Assembly (NCBI GenBank): GCA_021324975.1
Contig: JAJPIA010000085.1
Coordinates: forward strand, 58,006 to 122,005
Direction: 5' to 3'
DNA from: Bacillota bacterium
Lineage (GTDB): Bacteria > Sysuimicrobiota > Sysuimicrobiia > Sysuimicrobiales > Segetimicrobiaceae
Length of the DNA: 64,000 nt
The notes under the pieces are model-generated. The model was not told where the DNA came from, searched no databases, and was given only the letters and a program-made list of their open reading frames with translations. Both the position numbers and the translations under genes were made by a program. Shown in pieces: positions 54,559-61,740 of the stretch. The stretch's first letter is position 1; every line of letters starts with the position of its first letter.

Positions 54559-56109
54559 CTAATGAGCCGTGAGCCGCACCCGTCGGACGTCGATCTTGCC
54601 GTCCGGCTGTAGGACCGCTCCCGTAATGCTGGTGCGTTCGCCGGCAAGCGACTCCGAGTTGTAGAGGAAGATCGACGGCGCGTCGCGCCAGATGAGATGC
54701 AGGACGTCCCCATAGTCCTTGTTTCGGGCCGCCTGGTTCGCGGTCGCGAGACCCGCGGCGAGGAGCGCATCAACTTGCGGGTCACTATAGAAGCCGATGT
54801 TGAACAATGCCGGCGGCCACGACTCGGTTGCAAAGAGCGGACGCAGTCCCCAGTCGGCATCCAGCGTCGCCGGCGCCCATCCAAACAGGCTCATCTCGGT
54901 CTGGCTCCTGTCGGACGGAGCCGCCCACAGCGCGGAGAGAATCCCCGCCTCCATCGGCTGCAGGCGCACGCTCACGCCGACGCGGGCGAGCATTTGCTGC
55001 ACGGCTTCGCCGACGCGCTGGGTTTCCGTGTCGGTGCCCTCAGCCAAGGTGGCGGCAAAGCCGTTCGGGTAGCCGGCTTCCGCCAAGAGCGCCTTGGCTT
55101 TGGCCACGTCGTACGGCCATCCATGTGCCTGAACCGGCGCGTATCCGACGATCCCCGGCGCAGCCGGTGCGTCGAGCGGCCGGCCGTATCCGCGCAGGAC
55201 CACCTGCACGATCGCGGTCTTGTCCACGGCATAGTTCAGGGCCTGGCGCACGGCCGGCTTGTCGAATGGCGCCCGGTGATTGTTGAGCGCGACGTAGAAT
55301 GCATAGTCGCTCCAGCGCTTGAGCAGCGATACGCCGGGCGCCCTCGAGACCGCATCCGCCTCCACACCGGGGACGGCAAAGGCAAACTGCGCGTCGCCGC
55401 TGAGCAGCATGGCCACACGCGACGCGTCCTCGGTGACCGGCTTGAAGACGATGCGGTCGACCTCGGGTTGGCCGCGCTGCCAGTATCCGCCGCTTCGTTC
55501 GAGCGTGATGTCCTGTCCGGGATTCCACCGGACGAACTTGAACGGGCCCGTGCCGACCGGGTTGCGCGCGATATACTGCTCGCCTTTCGCGATGGCCGCG
55601 GGGCTGATGATGCGGCTTGCGGCGTGGGAAAAGTTGTACATCATTGCGCCGAACGGCTTCGCCAGCATGAACCGGACCGTCCAGTCATCGACAGCGTCGA
55701 TCGAAGCGATGTTCTCATAGAGGTTGCGCCGGATCAGCTTGTTCGCGGGACCCCTGGCGCGGTCGAAATTGATCTTCACGGCCTGGGCGTTGAAGGGCGT
55801 GCCGTCCTGGAACGTCACCCCGCGTCGGAGATGGAATGTATACACGCGAGCGTCCGGTGACACGTCCCATGACGTCGCGAGCTCCGGAACGAACTTCAAG
55901 TCGGGCGAGATCCCGACGAGCCCGTCGTACACCTCGCGCTCGATGGAATACGTGAGGTTGTCGTTTGTGTTCTCGGGATCCAGCGAGATCGCGTCCGCGT
56001 AGAGCGCCACCGTGACCGTCCGCAACTGCTGTGCCGCGGTCGTCTGCCACGGCATGATGCCGATCATCGCCGCTAACGGCCCTGCCACGAGTAGAAGGAC
56101 AGTCCTCAC
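54559..56109 (-). CDS. ABC transporter substrate-binding protein, family 5 (orphan, no adjacent permeases or ATPases)
   Basis: ORF 54559..56136 with the preferred GTG start at 56109 (VRTVLLLVAGPLAAMIG... signal), 7 nt after SD GAGGGAGGG. SBP_bac_5 body (LATSWDVSPDARVYTFHLRRGVTFQDG). Confidence 0.82.
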   Translation of the reverse strand: MRTVLLLVAGPLAAMIGIMPWQTTAAQQLRTVTVALYADAISLDPENTNDNLTYSIEREVYDGLVGISPDLKFVPELATSWDVSPDARVYTFHLRRGVTFQDGTPFNAQAVKINFDRARGPANKLIRRNLYENIASIDAVDDWTVRFMLAKPFGAMMYNFSHAASRIISPAAIAKGEQYIARNPVGTGPFKFVRWNPGQDITLERSGGYWQRGQPEVDRIVFKPVTEDASRVAMLLSGDAQFAFAVPGVEADAVSRAPGVSLLKRWSDYAFYVALNNHRAPFDKPAVRQALNYAVDKTAIVQVVLRGYGRPLDAPAAPGIVGYAPVQAHGWPYDVAKAKALLAEAGYPNGFAATLAEGTDTETQRVGEAVQQMLARVGVSVRLQPMEAGILSALWAAPSDRSQTEMSLFGWAPATLDADWGLRPLFATESWPPALFNIGFYSDPQVDALLAAGLATANQAARNKDYGDVLHLIWRDAPSIFLYNSESLAGERTSITGAVLQPDGKIDVRRVRLTAH

Positions 56110-56224
56110 CGGCGCACCCTCCCTCGCATGGCCCAACCTCGTGCCGCACGGCCCCGTTCTGGTGGGGCGCGGGGTTTTCCTTTTACTAACGCTCTCGGCT
56201 TGAAGACATGGCGCCGATGCCGCT

Positions 56225-56680
56225 TTAACTTGATGATTCCAGTGTCTGCACCAGCTTCACCAGGGCTTGTCGCGCGTCCGGCCATCGCAGCATGCCGACC
56301 GCTTCGTCTATCGGGAACCAGCCATACTGATCGTGCTCATCGTTCAGCTGAGGGTCCCAATTGATGCCCACCCGACCGGCAAATGCGTCGACCGTCACGG
56401 ACGTCACGTCCGGCGCGTACCAGGCGCGATATTCGGGCTCATCGTCGAGCATGTAGGCATAGCGGTGTTTGAGGTCGATAAGGCGATCTCCGAGCATCAG
56501 GCCCGTTTCCTCGCGTGTCTCCCGCACGGCCGCCTGGGCGCTCGTCTCCCCCGGATGCAACGCACCCGCGACGCCATGCCAGTATGCGCCTGCTGTGGGA
56601 GCGCGGTGAAGCAGCAGGACCTCATATCGCTCATTAACGCGCCGGTAGAGAAACACCAAACATTCGTGGGGAAGTCTCAC
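56225..56680 (-). CDS. Nudix hydrolase
   Basis: ORF 56225..56743 trimmed to the GTG at 56680 (SD GAAAGGA 6 nt upstream). Nudix box GALHPGETSAQAAVRETREETGL (GX5EX7REUXEEXGU). Confidence 0.85.
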   Translation of the reverse strand: MRLPHECLVFLYRRVNERYEVLLLHRAPTAGAYWHGVAGALHPGETSAQAAVRETREETGLMLGDRLIDLKHRYAYMLDDEPEYRAWYAPDVTSVTVDAFAGRVGINWDPQLNDEHDQYGWFPIDEAVGMLRWPDARQALVKLVQTLESSS

Positions 56681-56749
56681 GGTGGTCCTTTCGTCGTAGC
56701 GACTAGAGCGCCTTCCTACGCTGGCTTCCCCGGGGCGACACATACTGCA

Positions 56750-58276
56750 CTAATCATTTACAAACGCGCAGCCGCCGCGGGCCTTGCGCCCGAATACTTT
56801 TTTGTAGAGATCCTCGCCGTACGTGGTTTGCAGCGGCTCGCCTGGGACTACCTTGAACGTCCGGGTCCCACCCGGCCGCCGCTCCGCCCTTAGAAAGAGC
56901 GCATCTTCACTCCGCCGAGCGTGGAGGCCGTGCGCGAATGCGTACAAGTGCGTGACAAAAAAGACTTTGATGCCGCGCTCGGCGAGCGCCGAGGTGATCT
57001 GCCGTGCGATCTCCGAGCCCTCCCGCTCGTTCGTCGCCGCGAAGGATTCGTTGAACAGCATGAGCGCGTTGGGGTGGATCCGGTCTGCGATGTCGCTCAT
57101 GCGGCTGAGCTCTTCGTCGAATTTGCCGCTCTTCATGGACGGGTCTTCTTCCCGCTTGTAATGCGTGAAGAGACCGGAACACACATTGGCCCGGAACGAC
57201 GCGGCGGGCACGAACATACCGCACTGCATCATCAGCTGCGCCAGGCCGACACTGCGCAGAAAGGTGGACTTGCCGCCCTGGTTGGCGCCTGTGATGATCA
57301 CCGTGGTCCGGCCGTCGGCGTCCACGTCGTTGCCCACCACCCGCGATCCCACGGTCAGGCTCAAGCACACGTCGTACAGTCCGGCAAACGCATGCCGGCG
57401 TTGGTCCGCCCGCTCGGGAACGGGGAAGCATACCGGCTCGCCCTTGCGCGTGAGGTGCTCGTGGAGGTTCAGGCAGCCGACGTAGAAGGCCAGCTCGGCC
57501 CGCAGCATGGCGAAGAAGCTGAGGACGTGGTCGGCGGACTGCCCGAGCGCGTTCGCAACCAAGGCCACGCCTCGGTCCCGCAAGTCCGACAGGGCTCTCG
57601 CGCCCGCCTCGTCGCGGGGATGCAGGCGGTAGCTGTACGCCGGCGGCTTTTGCGCGAAGATGCGCTCGACCCAGCTCTGCGTGGTGTCGTGCGGCTTTCG
57701 GAGCACGTAGTTTGCGCCTTTGAGCCCCTGCCCCAATTCCGCGCTGACCAGCATGCCCTCGCGGAAGCGAAGCCGTCGCAGATGATCCCGAAGCTTGATG
57801 AAATAGCCGTCGTCGAGCTCGCGCCTGAGCGTTGCGAACAACCGCGTAAACCCCTCCGATTGGAACTCGTTGCCGTGCTCGTCGGCGACCTGTCGGAGGC
57901 GCCTGAGCAGGCCCTCGAATGCACCCAGCAAGTCCAGCGAGCGATGCAGGATGGTCCCTGGAGATCGAAAGACGGTCCAGTACCTCAGCTTCCGCTCTTC
58001 CAAGAACGCCTCGGTTGCGAGGCTATAGAGGCTTCGGACCGCGGCGGCGTTGTGGAGGCCATCCCGCAGCACGTCCTGCCGGTATCGGATCGCGTCCACG
58101 TCCGTCAAGCTGTCCAGCACGGCCGTCTGCACGACGCCGCGCACGAACTCATCGCCTCCTGCCATAGCGCCAAAGAGCGTGGCGAGTTCGAGATCCTGTG
58201 TGAGCGCCGGCGTATTCCACGGCAGCGGAGGTTGTACATCGAAATCACGATTGCGGTGCAGGAGGAATACCTTCAC
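56750..58276 (-). CDS. MutS-related ATPase (MutS domain V only, no mismatch-binding domain), subunit B
   Basis: 508-aa ORF with MutS-type Walker A ITGANQGGKSTFLRSVGLAQLMMQCGMFVPA, followed by MSDIADRIHPNALMLFNESFAATNEREG. There is no GxFxE mismatch-recognition N-domain. GTGA overlap with the upstream paralog. Confidence 0.85.
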   Translation of the reverse strand: MKVFLLHRNRDFDVQPPLPWNTPALTQDLELATLFGAMAGGDEFVRGVVQTAVLDSLTDVDAIRYRQDVLRDGLHNAAAVRSLYSLATEAFLEERKLRYWTVFRSPGTILHRSLDLLGAFEGLLRRLRQVADEHGNEFQSEGFTRLFATLRRELDDGYFIKLRDHLRRLRFREGMLVSAELGQGLKGANYVLRKPHDTTQSWVERIFAQKPPAYSYRLHPRDEAGARALSDLRDRGVALVANALGQSADHVLSFFAMLRAELAFYVGCLNLHEHLTRKGEPVCFPVPERADQRRHAFAGLYDVCLSLTVGSRVVGNDVDADGRTTVIITGANQGGKSTFLRSVGLAQLMMQCGMFVPAASFRANVCSGLFTHYKREEDPSMKSGKFDEELSRMSDIADRIHPNALMLFNESFAATNEREGSEIARQITSALAERGIKVFFVTHLYAFAHGLHARRSEDALFLRAERRPGGTRTFKVVPGEPLQTTYGEDLYKKVFGRKARGGCAFVND

Positions 58277-59844
58277 GATCCGATCCGCCGTTTCAGTTGA
58301 TCATAGGTGACCCGGTATCTCTCGGCAATCGACAGCGCGTAGGCGAGCCCGTCGGCCGCCGTTCTCACGACCTTGTAGGTGCGGACCGCGGGGTTGTCCG
58401 GGACGACGGCACTTACCATGCTGACGGTCTGCTCGCCGAGCGACGCCAGCTCGTCGATGAACGTGACGCACACGCACAGTAGGTCCAAGCGCATGATGGC
58501 GCCCATAATGTTCCGGCTCAGGAGGATGGCGTCGTCCAACACCGTCGACGTGAAGATCTCGTTCAGGATGATGATGCTGTCCGGTGTTGCCTGGTTCAGG
58601 ATCTTACGGATCCTCGCCAGGTCGTCTTCGAGCTTGCCCCGGAGCGTGGTGATGTCTTCTTCGCGCTCAAAGTGCGTGAAGAGCGCGTCGAACAGAAAGG
58701 TTCGCGCCTCCGTCCCGGCGACCGGGCAGCCGAGGCGGGCCAAATAGTGAAGTTGTCCGAACGTGCGGGCAAGCGTGGTCTTGCCGCCCTGGTTCGGACC
58801 GGATACCACGAGGATACGCTCGGGTCCGCGAAGGTAGAAGTCGTTGCAGACCACCGGCGACTTTTCCGGAATCAGCAGCTGGGCCAGGGCGAAGTCGTAG
58901 CCGTCGCGGCACAGCACGGCCTTGCTCTTGGAAACGCGCGGATAACACACGCTCAAGCCCGCGTTCCGGAACCGCGCGACGTACTCGAGGTACGCGATGT
59001 AAAATTGGATCTCCCGGTCAAAGGTGCGGATGACGCCGTCCTGGTATTCGCGGTGCTCGGTCCGGAACTCGTCGAGGCGGCGAAACTCCTCCGGCCACAG
59101 TTGGGCGGCGAACCCGACCACGGCGGCTTCGATGTGGTTCATGTCTCGCGCGCTGGTGAAGGAGACCGCGTAGTCGGTCACCGCGCCCTGCTTGAATCGC
59201 TCGAACGCTTGGACCACGTCGGCGCTGTAGTCGGCTTCGCCTTCGTACCGGCGGACGGTGAAACTGTCGCCCCGGATCAGGATGCAGTAGCGGATCGTGG
59301 CCAACCCTTGCTTGACCGATTGGATGTCCGCGACGAGCGATTGGAAGCGGTCAGACGCCACGTAACCCCGTAGATAGTCGCGGAACGCGACGAGGCCCCT
59401 TGCTCGCAACGGGGCGCCGTCCAAATCATGGGCCAGGGCGGTGGCGGTCTCGCAATAGAGCGCCGCCGCGTCCAGAAACCAGCTGTCCCTTTGCTGCTGA
59501 TAGTAGAACTTCTCGGCCTGCGTCAGGTGCTCGCGCATGGTCCGCATACGCTGCGCGAACGCCCGCAGGCACTCCAACACCGGGACGCGTTCGAGGTCCT
59601 GAAACACGTCGTGCCGGTACTCGATGTCGTCGAGGGTATCGAGCGGAGCGTGGAAGAACGGCCTGAGATTGTACTCGTCCTTGCCGGCCGTGACCGCTTC
59701 AACGATTTGGTCGAGATTGAGATCGGGAAAGCATTCGGGTACCTCGCCCCGCTCGACGCGCCCCTCGACTCTTTGCCATAAGATGCTGCGGAACGACGCC
59801 TCGGTGGCGGCGACGTCGGCCGGATGGATGGGGTTCGTGGCCAT
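58273..59844 (-). CDS. MutS-related ATPase (MutS domain V only), subunit A
   Basis: ORF 58273..59880 trimmed to the ATG at 59844 (MATNPIHPADV...), with SD GGAGG 10 nt upstream. Walker A VSGPNQGGKTTLARTFGQLHYLARLGCPVAG; SIIILNEIFTSTVLDD. The longer TTG start would lie inside the terminator U-tract. Confidence 0.85.
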   Translation of the reverse strand: MATNPIHPADVAATEASFRSILWQRVEGRVERGEVPECFPDLNLDQIVEAVTAGKDEYNLRPFFHAPLDTLDDIEYRHDVFQDLERVPVLECLRAFAQRMRTMREHLTQAEKFYYQQQRDSWFLDAAALYCETATALAHDLDGAPLRARGLVAFRDYLRGYVASDRFQSLVADIQSVKQGLATIRYCILIRGDSFTVRRYEGEADYSADVVQAFERFKQGAVTDYAVSFTSARDMNHIEAAVVGFAAQLWPEEFRRLDEFRTEHREYQDGVIRTFDREIQFYIAYLEYVARFRNAGLSVCYPRVSKSKAVLCRDGYDFALAQLLIPEKSPVVCNDFYLRGPERILVVSGPNQGGKTTLARTFGQLHYLARLGCPVAGTEARTFLFDALFTHFEREEDITTLRGKLEDDLARIRKILNQATPDSIIILNEIFTSTVLDDAILLSRNIMGAIMRLDLLCVCVTFIDELASLGEQTVSMVSAVVPDNPAVRTYKVVRTAADGLAYALSIAERYRVTYDQLKRRIGS

Positions 59845-59873
59845 TAGCAATGAGCCTCCAACCCAGCGAGCGG

Positions 59874-59913
59874 ACAACAAAAAAGCCTCTACGGTCTCGC
59901 GATCCCGTAGAAG
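59874..59913 (-). terminator. Intrinsic terminator acting as expression platform of the minus-strand fluoride riboswitch
   Basis: Minus-strand RNA CUUCUACGG-GAUCGCGAGA-CCGUAGAGG, a 9-bp stem with one G-U pair, followed by CUUUUUUGUUGU. The 5' arm reuses the aptamer pseudoknot strand GCUUCUAC. It ends about 30 nt before the ATG at 59844. Confidence 0.85.
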
Positions 59914-59962
59914 CTATCGGTCGCCGGACACCCCGGCGACGGTTTAGGCGAGCTTCATCGCC
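59907..59962 (-). promoter_or_regulatory. Fluoride riboswitch aptamer (crcB RNA motif), minus strand
   Basis: RNA GGCGA-UGAAGC-UCGCC-UAAAC-C-GUCGCCGG-GGUGU-CCGGCGAC-CGAUA-GCUUC-UAC. It has a P1 hairpin, an AAAC linker, a P3 hairpin and a GAUA...CUAC 3' tail. The tail GCUUC pairs with loop GAAGC as a pseudoknot. This is the architecture and conserved nucleotides I recall for the crcB motif. Confidence 0.88.
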
Positions 59963-59981
59963 TCGGATCTCGTGCGCTCAC

Positions 59982-60011
59982 ATTATAGGGGCGTCGAAAA
60001 GACTCCGTCAA
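59982..60011 (-). promoter_or_regulatory. Sigma-70-type promoter for the riboswitch/MutS-like transcript
   Basis: On the minus strand: TTGACG (60011..60006), 18-nt spacer, TATAAT (59987..59982). The predicted TSS is about 12 nt upstream of aptamer P1. Confidence 0.7.
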
Positions 60012-60176
60012 TCGGCGCCGCCGGACCGCGGACGGCAGGGGTGACCGCCGTACGGCTCCTCCATGCGACGCCATCACCGCGAGGGAACAGTTACCGGACT
60101 GCATCGAATTGAGCGCCCACGCCGAACGCGCCAACGACGGTGCGCTGCGGCGGGATCAAACTCGCCCAGAGCTGCG

Positions 60177-60206
60177 TTGACAGGCTGCTTCGTTTGGAAA
60201 TACCAT
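60177..60206 (+). promoter_or_regulatory. Sigma-70-type promoter for the plus-strand riboswitch/MFS transcript
   Basis: TTGACA (60177..60182), 18-nt spacer, TACCAT (60201..60206). The predicted TSS is a few nt upstream of the plus-strand aptamer. Confidence 0.55.
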
Positions 60207-60217
60207 GAACGCATCAC

Positions 60218-60266
60218 GGTGATGAGGCTCACCGAAACTGCCGGGCGACCGGCTGATAGCCTCTAC
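60218..60266 (+). promoter_or_regulatory. Fluoride riboswitch aptamer (crcB RNA motif), plus strand
   Basis: RNA GGUGA-UGAGGC-UCACC-GAAAC-U-GCCGG-GCGA-CCGGC-UGAUA-GCCUC-UAC. It has the same architecture as the minus-strand copy, with pseudoknot GAGGC/GCCUC and a GNRA-capped P3. The GAUGAGGC...AAACUGCC...GCUGAU.GCCUCUAC string closely matches the well-studied Thermotoga aptamer as I remember it. Confidence 0.88.
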
Positions 60267-60296
60267 CCGGTACGGGCGGGGGCTTCTGCATGTGTG
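60259..60296 (+). terminator. Candidate terminator/expression platform of the plus-strand riboswitch
   Basis: GCCUCUACCCG-GUA-CGGGCGGGGGC, an 11-position stem with one A.C mismatch and two G-U pairs, followed by UUCUGCAUGUGU. The 5' arm again contains the pseudoknot strand. The U-tract is weak. Confidence 0.45.
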
Positions 60297-60486
60297 GCGG
60301 CCTCTCCCCTCGTGCTTCCTCCGATTACGCGCCGACTTGCGATTCACGGATACGCGCGCCGCGTATGCCGCGGGCGCGCCGACCAAGAGAACGTGCCGCC
60401 GTGACGAAGGATCCGTGTATCGCGTTTCTCACGGAGTCGCAGATGTTTACGAGCAATGCCACGAACTCAGGGGGACATTCCCTATC

Positions 60487-61740
60487 ATGGCGGTTCCCGT
60501 AGCCCGGCCGGCAGGCCGGGAAGCGGCCCGCGCCGCGGCGCTCCGGTTCGTGGTGCTGCTGGGCGTCGTGAGCATGTTCTCCGACATGACGCACGAGGGC
60601 GCCCGCGGCATCACGGGGCCGTTTCTGGGCATGCTCGGGGCGAGCGCGCTGATCGTGGCGACCGTCGCGGGCGTCGGGGAGTTCTTGGGGTATGCGCTGC
60701 GCTTTCTGTTCGGTTCCCTGGCCGACCGGACCGGCATGTATTGGCCGATTACCTTGGTTGGATATACGATTCAAATGCTGGCCGTTCCGGCGCTCGCGCT
60801 GGTGGGGCATTGGCCGGCCGCGGCGCTGTTGATCGTGACGGAACGCTCCGGGCGGGCCATGCGAAATCCGCCGCGGGATGCAATGCTCGCACACGCCACT
60901 TGCGGGCTCGGCGCGGGCTGGGTCTTTGGCCTGCGCGAAGCGCTGGACGCGGCCGGCGCGATGATCGGCCCCCTGATCGTGGCGGCAACCGTTTACGTGC
61001 GAGGGGGGTATCGGTTGGGCTTCGCGGTCCTGATCGTCCCCGCGTTGCTCACCCTCATCGTACTCCTGAGCGCCTGGCGGCAGTATCCCCGACCGCACGA
61101 CCTCGGCGCCCCAGAGCGCATCCCGCAGGCCGCGGGTATCCCGCGTGTGTTTTGGATCTACCTGGGGGGCATGGCGCTCGTCGCGGCAGCCTATGTCGAC
61201 TACCCGCTCGCGGCGTATCACTTCGCCAGGAGCGGCGCGGTGCCACCCGCCTGGATCCCGATCTTGTATGCGGTAGCCATGGCAGCCGAAGCGGCCGGGG
61301 CGCTCGCGCTCGGGCGTCTCTTCGACCGCATCGGCCTCGCCACCGTGGTGTGGGCGACGGCGGCCACCGCGTTCTTCGGGCCGTTCATCTTCCTCGGCAA
61401 CACCGTGCTCGTTGTTCTCGGAATGGTCCTGTGGGGACTGGGCATAGCGGCGCAAGAGTCCGTTGTCAAAGCCGCCGTTACCGGCATGGTCGGCGCCGAG
61501 CGGCGAGCGTCTGCCTACGGTCTCTTCGACGCCGGCTTTGGCACGGCATGGATGCTCGGGAGCGTCGCGCTCGGGGTACTCTACAACCTGTCCGTGTACG
61601 CGCTGGTCGCCTTCACGGTGCTGCTGCAGCTCGCCGCGCTCCCTGTCTTCGCGGCGACCAGGCGGGCCATGCCAACGGAGCCTGTCCAAGGGCGGAGCCG
61701 CGGCAACTTCCCTGGGAACCGCGGTGACGGCACACGCTAA
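60487..61740 (+). CDS. Major facilitator superfamily (MFS) transporter
   Basis: ORF 60292..61740 trimmed to the ATG at 60487 (MAVPVARPAGREAARAAALRFVVLLGVVSMFSDMTHEG...), with AGGGGGA upstream. It has about 12 hydrophobic segments with a central loop. It is the only plus-strand gene in the window. Confidence 0.8.
   Translation: MAVPVARPAGREAARAAALRFVVLLGVVSMFSDMTHEGARGITGPFLGMLGASALIVATVAGVGEFLGYALRFLFGSLADRTGMYWPITLVGYTIQMLAVPALALVGHWPAAALLIVTERSGRAMRNPPRDAMLAHATCGLGAGWVFGLREALDAAGAMIGPLIVAATVYVRGGYRLGFAVLIVPALLTLIVLLSAWRQYPRPHDLGAPERIPQAAGIPRVFWIYLGGMALVAAAYVDYPLAAYHFARSGAVPPAWIPILYAVAMAAEAAGALALGRLFDRIGLATVVWATAATAFFGPFIFLGNTVLVVLGMVLWGLGIAAQESVVKAAVTGMVGAERRASAYGLFDAGFGTAWMLGSVALGVLYNLSVYALVAFTVLLQLAALPVFAATRRAMPTEPVQGRSRGNFPGNRGDGTR

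Noticed and set aside
56150-56184. GC hairpin (CCCCG...CGGGG) followed by TTTTCCTTTT on the plus strand, resembling an intrinsic terminator, between the Nudix gene and the orphan SBP gene.
   Set aside because: The T-run is on the plus strand, and no plus-strand gene lies upstream. On the minus strand the hairpin is preceded rather than followed by the run, so it is not a canonical terminator for the Nudix transcript. A weak bidirectional role cannot be excluded.
59845-59880. The longer TTG-initiated version of the first MutS-like ORF (start 59880).
   Set aside because: That start codon lies inside the terminator U-tract of the riboswitch and has no SD. The ATG at 59844 has GGAGG 10 nt upstream.
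60292-60486. The N-terminal 65-aa extension of the MFS ORF (GTG at 60292), and the 113-aa plus ORF 60063..60404 in the divergent control region.
   Set aside because: The extension is Arg/Cys-rich, has no hydrophobic segment, and begins inside the riboswitch expression platform. ORF 60063..60404 spans both the promoter and the aptamer and has no SD. Both are best explained as non-coding leader or control sequence.
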